From Acidobacteriota bacterium (GTDB lineage: Bacteria; Acidobacteriota; UBA890; WLXD01): a stretch of DNA of 64,000 bases. The stretch is taken from the NCBI GenBank assembly GCA_965248695.1, contig CBDFKD010000002.1, positions 1,312,001 through 1,376,000 on the forward strand. The letters are read 5' to 3'. The stretch's first letter is position 1, and each line of letters begins with the position of its first letter. Below, piece after piece: positions 56,719-64,000 of the stretch. The translations under genes and the position numbers were made by a program. The notes under the pieces are model-generated. The model did no database searches. It was not told where the DNA came from and saw only the letters and a program-made list of their open reading frames with translations.

Positions 56719-57543
56719 GTGCGTCGTACTCCTCTGCTGATCGCCTGCACGCTGATGATGCTGATCGCCGGATCGCGACCCGGCGCAGGTGATTCGGGCG
56801 CGCCGCGCGCCCTGTGGGTATGGAGCCGCCCGGAGCCCGGCTTGGCCCGCTACGCGCGGGCGCACAACTTCACCCATCTGCTCGTCAACGTACCCACCGA
56901 CGACGCCAGATCGAGCGTGTTCGCGAACCTGGCGCGCGACGCTCGCCGGCGCCACATCGGGGTCGTGGCGGTCTCCGGGCACGCGAGCTGGGCCCTGCAA
57001 CCGGAGGGATTGACTACCTGGGTTCGCGAGGTTCGACGCGCCGGGCTCTACGGCGCCCTGCTGCTCGACATCGAGCCATACCTGCTCGACGAATGGGACA
57101 CCGACCGTGCGCGTGTGATGCGCAGCTTTCTCAAAGCCCTGGAGAGCGCCGTCCGCGCCGCCGGCGGGCTACAGGTGTGGGCGGCTATCCCGTTCTGGTT
57201 TGATCACGACGGTTACAGCCTCGATGGGCGATCCCTGCTCGAGCACGTCCTCGACCGGGTGAGTGGAGTCGTGGTGATGGCCTATCGCGATCGCGCCGAC
57301 GGCAGCGACGGGATCCTCCGGCACACCGCCAATGAGATTATCGCCGGCGCGGCCGCCGGAAAGGCGGTGGTGATCGGGGTGCAAACCGCCGCCGACGAGC
57401 TCGACAAGCTCACCTTTTATGAAGAAGGTGCGGGCGCCATGGAGCGCGAGCTCGATGCGGTCCTCAGAGCAGTCAGCGGGGCGCCCGGATTCGGCGGCAT
57501 CGCCGTGCACCATTTCGATTCCTACCGGCGGCTGCGCCCCTGA
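56719..57543 (+). CDS. Secreted hypothetical protein, possibly glycoside-hydrolase-like barrel
   Basis: Signal peptide; ALWVW, LDIEPY, MAYRD, GIAVHH. Confidence 0.65.
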   Translation: MRRTPLLIACTLMMLIAGSRPGAGDSGAPRALWVWSRPEPGLARYARAHNFTHLLVNVPTDDARSSVFANLARDARRRHIGVVAVSGHASWALQPEGLTTWVREVRRAGLYGALLLDIEPYLLDEWDTDRARVMRSFLKALESAVRAAGGLQVWAAIPFWFDHDGYSLDGRSLLEHVLDRVSGVVVMAYRDRADGSDGILRHTANEIIAGAAAGKAVVIGVQTAADELDKLTFYEEGAGAMERELDAVLRAVSGAPGFGGIAVHHFDSYRRLRP

Positions 57544-57638
57544 CCTTCCGGGGCCGCCGGGGAACGAACCGTCGCCCAGGTGTACTCTCTCGGCGCGGCG
57601 CCCACAGGTGAGCGGGCGCGCTACCTCGCGTTGAGGAC

Positions 57639-57926
57639 ATGACCGACGACGATCGGATCGAGCTGCCCATCGACGGCGTTCTCGACCTGCACACGTTCCG
57701 CCCCGGCGACGCGCGCGAGCTTGTCGACGACTACCTCGATGCCTGCCGGGAACGCTCGATCACCGAGGTGCGCATCATTCACGGGAAGGGCACGGGCACC
57801 CTCCGTCGCATTGTCCACGCTGCGCTCGAGCGGCGCTCGGATGTTGACTGGTTCCGCCTGGCAGGCGACGGGTCGGGCTGGGGAGCGACGCTGGTCTCGC
57901 TCCGCCCCGACCAGTCGAATCCCTAG
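57639..57926 (+). CDS. Smr-domain protein
   Basis: LDLHTF, RIIHGKGTGTLR, GWGATLV. Confidence 0.92.
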   Translation: MTDDDRIELPIDGVLDLHTFRPGDARELVDDYLDACRERSITEVRIIHGKGTGTLRRIVHAALERRSDVDWFRLAGDGSGWGATLVSLRPDQSNP

Positions 57927-57949
57927 CAGAGAACGGAGAAGGAGCCTCG

Positions 57950-58924
57950 ATGCGATCGCTCGTCTGCTTGCTCGCCCTGATACTGGCCGCCTGCGCTGGC
58001 CAACCTGTTGATGTTGCAACCCCCGACCAGTCGGGGAGCAGGGCGACAACGGCGGAGCCCGAGGCCATATCGCTGCTCGGGGAGCCGCTGCATGCGGCAC
58101 AGCCCACGCCCGATCGTCTGGCCTCGCTCACCGCCAACATCGAACAGGCTCGCGCCGCCCACGAGACCAGCCCCGATGAGAGCACGCTCATCTGGCTGGG
58201 CAGACGTATCGCCTACGCTGGCGGCTTCAACGACGCGGTGGCGATCTATGGCGGCGGGCTGGAGACGTATCCCGACTCGTACCGACTGCGCCGCCACCGT
58301 GGGCATCGATACATCTCGCTGCGGCGATTCGACGAGGCCGTTGCCGACCTCACCGAAGCGACGTGGCTGGCCGAGGGATTCGACGATGCGATCGAGCCGG
58401 ATGGCATTCCCAATCGCCTCAACACGCCGCTGTCGACCGACAAGTTCAACATCTGGTACCACCTGGCGCTGGCGCACTATCTGCGGGGCGACTTCGAAGC
58501 GGCACTCGACGCCTACCGAAGCTGCATGGAGGTCTCGAACAATCCCGACTTGCTGGTCGCCACCAGCGACTGGATGTACATGACGCTGCGTCGGCTCGGG
58601 CGCGACGCCGAAGCAAGCGAGCTTCTGGCTCCGATCACCGCCGATCTCGGGGTGGTGGAGAACGACGCCTACCACCGGCGATTGCTCATGTACAAGGGCG
58701 AGGTGGATCCCGCAGATCTGCTCGACCTGCGGGCGGTAGACGATCCGGACGTGGCCCTCAATATCGCCACACAGGGATACGGCGTCGGCAACTGGTACCT
58801 GTACAACGGCGACGAGGAGCGCGCTCGGGAGGTCTTCGAGCGCATCATCGAAGGCACCAGCTGGGCGGCGTTCGGCTACATCGCTGCCGAGGCCGAGGTG
58901 GCGCGGATGCGCGCCGAGGGCTGA
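57950..58924 (+). CDS. TPR lipoprotein
   Basis: LAAC lipobox; helical repeats (RHRGHRYISLR, NIWYHLALAHYL). Confidence 0.8.
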   Translation: MRSLVCLLALILAACAGQPVDVATPDQSGSRATTAEPEAISLLGEPLHAAQPTPDRLASLTANIEQARAAHETSPDESTLIWLGRRIAYAGGFNDAVAIYGGGLETYPDSYRLRRHRGHRYISLRRFDEAVADLTEATWLAEGFDDAIEPDGIPNRLNTPLSTDKFNIWYHLALAHYLRGDFEAALDAYRSCMEVSNNPDLLVATSDWMYMTLRRLGRDAEASELLAPITADLGVVENDAYHRRLLMYKGEVDPADLLDLRAVDDPDVALNIATQGYGVGNWYLYNGDEERAREVFERIIEGTSWAAFGYIAAEAEVARMRAEG

Positions 58925-59352
58925 TCCGATCGGAGAACTGGTGGTGCTCGCCGCAGCGTGACTGGCGGCTTCAGCACTGCGTCGGACGGAGCGCAGCAAC
59001 CGATTGAAGCTTGCCGGATCTTACCCCGGCGAGCACCAGCAAGATCGGATTGTCGCCGCGACACTTAGTCAATCTCTGCGGCGGCGCGGGTCGAACCTGA
59101 CTGACCTGAGCAACGATCGCAGACAACCCGCTAGTCGACGAGCCCAGATGAGCCTGACGCGCAGTTCCGCTGGCCAGGACCGGCCTGGCGATGGCGTGGC
59201 GGCGCTGTCAGCACCAACCACGGCCCCGACTTGGTGATCGGCGCCACTCTTGGCACACTGGCGACTCCGACTCGATGATTCCGTTCGCTGAGCGCCAGCA
59301 CCCAGACCGCCGTGCCGGCGTACCTGGGGCCCCCTTCCGACAGAGGTATCCG

Positions 59353-61983
59353 TTGATCGAGCATCCGTCGTTGAACGCCCGCCGCGTCGTTTCCCTGCTC
59401 CTCCTGCTGACCTGCATGGCGGCGCCCGTCGGGGCCCAGTCCGCAGGCGGCAGCGCCGACGCTAGCTCAGCGCCCTCAATCGAGGACAAGGTCGCCGCGA
59501 TGGAGCGGCTCGACGGCCTGTTGCCGCTCTACTGGGACGCCGCCGCCGGCACGCTGTACATGGAGATCGCGCGATTCGACGAGGATGTTCTCTACGTGCG
59601 CGGTCTGGCGGCCGGCCTCGGCTCCAACGACATCGGGCTCGATCGCGGGCAGAGCGGCGGCGGCCGCGTGGTCCGATTCGAGCGCGTCGGCCCCAAGATC
59701 CTGATGCTGCAGCCCAACCTCGACTACCGGGCGGACAGCGACAATCCCGACGAGCGCCGGGCTGTCGAGGAGGCCTTCGCACAGTCGGTGCTGTGGGGAT
59801 TCACCGTTGCCGCGGAGACCGACGGCCGTGCGCTGGTGGACATGACAGGGTTTCTGCTGCGCGACACGCACGGTGTGGCGACCAATCTGCAACCCGCCCA
59901 GTACCGCCTCGACACCTCGCGCAGCGCCATTTCCAGGGAGCACACCAAGGCCTTCCCGAAGAACATCATCCTGAACGCCACCCTGACGTTCACCACCTCG
60001 GGCGGTGGGCGTCGCGGCTTCGGTGGGTTCGGGACCCAGCGGGGCCCCGGCGGTGGCTTTGGACGCGGCTCCCTGGCGGCGGTGACTCCGAGCACCGAGG
60101 CGGTAACCGTTCGCACCCATCACCAGTTCGTCGAGCTCCCGGGCGACGGGTACGTGCCGCGCGCCTACGACCCGCGGTCCGGGGCGTTCGGGCTAACCTA
60201 CCAAGACTACGCGGTGCCTCTCGGCACGTCGCTGGCGAAGCGGTTCGTCAACCGCCACCGGCTAGCGAAGGTCGATCCGGCCGCCGAGATATCGGACGCC
60301 GTCGAGCCAATCGTCTACTACCTCGATCGGGGCACTCCCGAGCCCGTCCGCTCGGCGTTGCTCGACGGAGCCCGCTGGTGGAATCAGGCATTCGAGACGG
60401 CCGGCTATCGTGATGCCTTCCGGGTCGAGATGCTGCCCGAAGGCGCCGACAACATGGACGTGCGCTACAACATCATCCAGTGGGTGCACCGCTCGACGCG
60501 TGGCTGGAGCTACGGCGGCGGAATCAACGACCCACGCACCGGCGAGATCATCAAGGGCCAGGTGACCCTCGGATCGTTGCGCGTGCGCCAGGACTACCTC
60601 ATCGCGGAGGGTCTGCTGTCACCGTACGCGAACGGCACCGAGACGCCGCCCGAGTTGGCCGAGTGGGCGTTGGCCCGGCTACGCCAGCTGTCGGCGCACG
60701 AGGTCGGGCACACGCTGGGCTTCGGCCACAACTACTACGCCAGCAGCCTGGGCCGCATCTCGGTGATGGACTACCCGCACCCGTTGATCGAGCTCACCGA
60801 GGACGGCGAGTTGGACTACTCCGCTGTCTACGACGACAAGATCGGCGAGTGGGACAAGGTCGCGGTGACCTACGCCTACCAGGACTTCCCGGCCGGCGCC
60901 GATGACTCCGAGGAGCTGCGCGCCATCCTCGACGAGGCCTGGGAGCGCGACGTCATCTACATGACCAACCAGGACATGTCGGCGCAGCCGCGGGTGCACT
61001 CGTGGGCTAACGGGGATGATCCGGTGGCGGAGCTTGACCGCATGATGGCGGTCCGGCGCCACGCGCTGGATCGTTTCGGCGACAACGCCATCAAGCTCGG
61101 AGCGCCGCTGGCTACCATCGAGGAGGCCCTCGTACCGCTCTACCTGCACCATCGCTATCAGGTGCAGGCGACCGCCTCCGCTATCGGCGGCTCCAACTAC
61201 CACTACGCGCTGCGCGGCGACGGCCACGGCAACGCCACCGGCGCCGTCCCGGCTGCCGAACAGAGGGCGGCGGTCGAGTCCCTGCTGGCGACGCTTCAAC
61301 CTTCGCAGCTGACAGTGCCGCGCTCGGTGCTCGCATTGCTCCCGCCCCGGCCATCGGGCTACGGACGCCACCGCGAGCTGTTTCCGCGCTACACCGGGAT
61401 GACCTTCGACGCCATCACACCTGCCGTGGTGGCAGCCCAGCATGTGCTCGCCAACATCTTCGATCCGGCGCGCGCGGCTCGAATGGTGCAGCAGCACGGG
61501 CTCGACAGCTCGATGCCAGGTCTGGTCGACGTGCTCGACACCACCCTCAACACGCTGTTCACCATGGAGAGCGACGACGGCTACGAACAGGAGATCATCC
61601 GTGCCGTCCAACGTGCGATGGTGGAACAGGTGATGTCACTGGGCGCCAACGCGTCAATGCCGCAGGTGCGAGCGATCGCCACCTCCCGGCTTACGACGAT
61701 GAGCGCGCGAATCACCGACCGGATCGGCGAGGCCGGGGAGATGGCCGGGCCGAGGCAGGCGCACCTTGCGTTGCTGCAGCGCGATGTCGAACGTTTCCTG
61801 ACGCGCCCTGCCGGGGCCTACTCGTCGCCAGGCCAACGCACCGCCCCGCCCGGCGCACCGATCGGGCAACCAGCGCCCTCGTGGCTCGATCCCGGGCTCT
61901 TGAGCTCCGACCTGCCACCGGTCAGCTCGATGCTCGACTCGCTCTTCCCCTCCGAGGCAGCCTGCTCATGGGGCGGCCGCTAG
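59353..61983 (+). CDS. Secreted zinc metalloprotease (metzincin); start approximate
   Basis: HEVGHTLGFGH, Met-turn SVMDY, DPRTGEIIKG. Confidence 0.9.
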   Translation: MIEHPSLNARRVVSLLLLLTCMAAPVGAQSAGGSADASSAPSIEDKVAAMERLDGLLPLYWDAAAGTLYMEIARFDEDVLYVRGLAAGLGSNDIGLDRGQSGGGRVVRFERVGPKILMLQPNLDYRADSDNPDERRAVEEAFAQSVLWGFTVAAETDGRALVDMTGFLLRDTHGVATNLQPAQYRLDTSRSAISREHTKAFPKNIILNATLTFTTSGGGRRGFGGFGTQRGPGGGFGRGSLAAVTPSTEAVTVRTHHQFVELPGDGYVPRAYDPRSGAFGLTYQDYAVPLGTSLAKRFVNRHRLAKVDPAAEISDAVEPIVYYLDRGTPEPVRSALLDGARWWNQAFETAGYRDAFRVEMLPEGADNMDVRYNIIQWVHRSTRGWSYGGGINDPRTGEIIKGQVTLGSLRVRQDYLIAEGLLSPYANGTETPPELAEWALARLRQLSAHEVGHTLGFGHNYYASSLGRISVMDYPHPLIELTEDGELDYSAVYDDKIGEWDKVAVTYAYQDFPAGADDSEELRAILDEAWERDVIYMTNQDMSAQPRVHSWANGDDPVAELDRMMAVRRHALDRFGDNAIKLGAPLATIEEALVPLYLHHRYQVQATASAIGGSNYHYALRGDGHGNATGAVPAAEQRAAVESLLATLQPSQLTVPRSVLALLPPRPSGYGRHRELFPRYTGMTFDAITPAVVAAQHVLANIFDPARAARMVQQHGLDSSMPGLVDVLDTTLNTLFTMESDDGYEQEIIRAVQRAMVEQVMSLGANASMPQVRAIATSRLTTMSARITDRIGEAGEMAGPRQAHLALLQRDVERFLTRPAGAYSSPGQRTAPPGAPIGQPAPSWLDPGLLSSDLPPVSSMLDSLFPSEAACSWGGR

Positions 61984-61996
61984 GAAACCGCAGCGC

Positions 61997-62848
61997 GTGT
62001 TCAATCGACCGAGGAGCGGCTCCGTAGTCTGCCCCAGCTGCGGCAGCCTCGTCGGGGTGCGCGACAATCGCTGCTTCCGGTGCGGGCGTTTCAACCCCGG
62101 CCTGTGGGGCTTCGCGCCGCTGCTCAACAAGCTTGGCCGCGGCCTCGGATTCACCGAGATCGTGCTCTTCGTCTGCGCCGCCCTGTTCGTCATCACGCTG
62201 CTGGGCGATCCATCGGCCATTGGACGTGGCGGACTGCTGTCGATGCTGTCGCCCGGTCAGCGACCGCTGTTCCTGTTCGGCGCCAGCGGCGCGCTGCCGG
62301 TCTTCGGCTACGGCCGCTGGTGGACCGTGCTGAGCGCCGCCTGGCTGCACGGCGGGCTACTCCACATCGTCATGAACATGATGTGGCTGCGCCAGCTCAT
62401 GCCGGCGGTGAGTGAGTTCTACGGCGTTGGCCGACTGGTAATCATCTACACCGCGTCCGCCGCCGCCGGGTTCGCGGCCACCTCGATCATGGGGCTGTTC
62501 CCGTTCCTCGGCCCGCTCGCCGGCGCCGGCTTCACGATCGGTGCGTCGGCGCCGCTGTTCGGGCTCTTCGGAGCCCTCGTCGTATACAGCCAGCTGGGGG
62601 GCCCGAGCAGCATCGGTCAGCAGGTGTGGCGCTGGGTCGGCATCTTCGTGGTGATAGGGCTGATCGTACCGTTCATCGACAACTGGGCCCACCTGGGCGG
62701 CTTCGGCGGCGGTTACCTAGCGGCGCGACTCCTCGATCCGCGCACCGACGAGCACGCCGGCCATTTCGTCGGCGCGTTCGTGTGCCTGGCACTGAACGCC
62801 GCCGCGATCCTGGCGTCGGTGTGGCACGGGCTGCAGTTCTTCCGCTAG
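61997..62848 (+). CDS. Rhomboid intramembrane protease with N-terminal Zn ribbon
   Basis: CPSC..CFRC; HGGLLHIVMN, GASA, AHLGGF. Confidence 0.92.
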   Translation: MFNRPRSGSVVCPSCGSLVGVRDNRCFRCGRFNPGLWGFAPLLNKLGRGLGFTEIVLFVCAALFVITLLGDPSAIGRGGLLSMLSPGQRPLFLFGASGALPVFGYGRWWTVLSAAWLHGGLLHIVMNMMWLRQLMPAVSEFYGVGRLVIIYTASAAAGFAATSIMGLFPFLGPLAGAGFTIGASAPLFGLFGALVVYSQLGGPSSIGQQVWRWVGIFVVIGLIVPFIDNWAHLGGFGGGYLAARLLDPRTDEHAGHFVGAFVCLALNAAAILASVWHGLQFFR

Positions 62849-62895
62849 CCGGCCGCGGAGTGCCTGCGCCGCGGCGGCAGTCCGCAGATCGGTCT

Positions 62896-62979
62896 TTACG
62901 AGTCGATCGTCAGGCGGTTCTGCGCGCAGAGTCGCGCCGCCAGCTGAAGAGCGGCGACCAGCCTCTTGATCATGTTCAT
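62896..62979 (-). CDS. Candidate 27-aa small protein
   Basis: GGAGAG RBS then MNMIKRLVAALQLAARLCAQNRLTIDS. Confidence 0.35.
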   Translation of the reverse strand: MNMIKRLVAALQLAARLCAQNRLTIDS

Positions 62980-63040
62980 GGGTCTACTCTCCGCTATCGT
63001 GGCCGTCGGCGTCCAGGGGCCCCCGCTCCGCCAGCGCACT

Positions 63041-63857
63041 TCACAGCCGTCGCAAGCAGCGAAAAGCGAACCGCGATAGCCGGCGTTCAGCGGCAAGCTT
63101 CGACGCCATGGTGAGAAACGCCTGCTGACCCTCGAACGTAGCGTCGCCCTCGATGCGCCGCAGGTCAGCCTCGTGCGCGGCGCGGGCCGTACGCCGCCCG
63201 GCCGCGGTGCTCGCCATGTTCTCGGTGCGATCCTCGACGCGATCGATCTCGAACCCGGCCTCGGCAAGAAGGTCGGCGTCGAGCCCTGGGGGCGCGAAGA
63301 ACAGGCTGCCGATCGAAGCGCGCACGTGCATCTCCTCGTCGCTGACCACTCCGGTCACGGTCACCGGGTCGGTAAAGACCAGGCGTCCACCCGGTCGAAG
63401 GACGCGCGCCCAGTCGCCGAACACTCGTCTCCGGTCGGGGAAATGGGTCAACGCATCGATGCAGATCAGCCCGTCGAGCTCCGCGTCATCGTATGGCAAT
63501 CGCTGGCCGGCATCGTGGACCTCGAACCGGGCGCGCTCCCCCAGGCCGGCCATCTCGGCCTGCTGATTTGCCGTCTGCACGGCGCCGGGTTCCACGTCGA
63601 TTCCATCAACGCGACAGCCGGTCAGGCTGGCGATGCGCAGGGTCGGCCCACCGGACCCGCAGGCGACATCGAGCACGCGAGCAGTTCTCGTCGACCGCCA
63701 GCCAGGCGATGAACCGATCGTGCTCGGTGGCGGTCAGCCAACTGTGCTGGCCGATGTCCTCGCCAAACGCCTCGGCGCGGATCGTGGCGTAGAGATCAGA
63801 GGCGAACTCGGCGTACCCGGCACCGTAATAGTCGGCGAGGGTAATGCTCCCGGTCAT
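63041..63857 (-). pseudogene. SAM-dependent methyltransferase with frameshift near 63680
   Basis: N-terminal part AFGEDIGQHSWLT is in one frame, VLDVACGSGG..RVLRPGGRLVFTD in another. Confidence 0.8.
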
Positions 63858-63882
63858 GCGTACGGCAACACCTGCACGAGCA

Positions 63883-64000
63883 TTAGTCACGGACCCCGAA
63901 CGCGAAGACCGTGTTGCCTGCGGACATGACGACCCGCTGCTTGCCGTCAACCTCGAAGCCCATCGGGTTGGAGCGCGCCGGCGCGCCCGCCTGGAAGTCC
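63883..64000 (-). CDS. C-terminus of a PQQ-dependent dehydrogenase-like protein (partial)
   Basis: FQAGAPARSNPMGFEVDGKQRVVMSAGNTVFAFGVRD*. Confidence 0.7.
   Translation of the reverse strand, partial: DFQAGAPARSNPMGFEVDGKQRVVMSAGNTVFAFGVRD

Noticed and set aside
58970-59010. SRP RNA or 6S RNA call for the hairpin
   Set aside because: Lacks the SRP CAGG..GGAAG..AGCAG motif and is shorter than typical 6S; kept only as an unknown structure
1-64000. CRISPR array, rRNA or complete tRNA genes
   Set aside because: No regularly spaced repeat-spacer units or full cloverleaf seen; only a 3' fragment at 32392-32419

Overview
High-GC bacterial chromosomal segment with about 50 real genes; most of the ORF track is shadow ORFs. 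An ADOP-type duplicated permease next to a PadR regulator suggests Acidobacteriota (inference). Contents: secreted peptidases, a TonB-dependent receptor, central-metabolism enzymes (glucokinase, class I aldolase), an RND pump, a VapBC module, an intact IS3-family (IS407-like) element abutting a sibling remnant, and a 3-gene AraC cassette beside a tmRNA-like 3' fragment. No rRNA, full tRNA or CRISPR array was seen. Best candidates for undescribed biology: (1) a translationally coupled operon of a protein with about five SseB-like repeats and a TPR-Cdc48-like double AAA ATPase; (2) a CTAG-bounded MITE family seen as a full 279-bp copy, a 33-bp mini copy and a solo end at a gene start; (3) a fused 2-oxoacid dehydrogenase E1 paired with a FabD-like acyltransferase, with no E2/E3 in the window; (4) a GMC/Gfo-Idh-MocA operon with a membrane protein carrying a duplicated KDAPxEGF motif; (5) a multiheme-TPR/ASPIC pair; (6) a ~127-nt rod-like intergenic hairpin. 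All family calls come from motif recognition by eye, not database searches.
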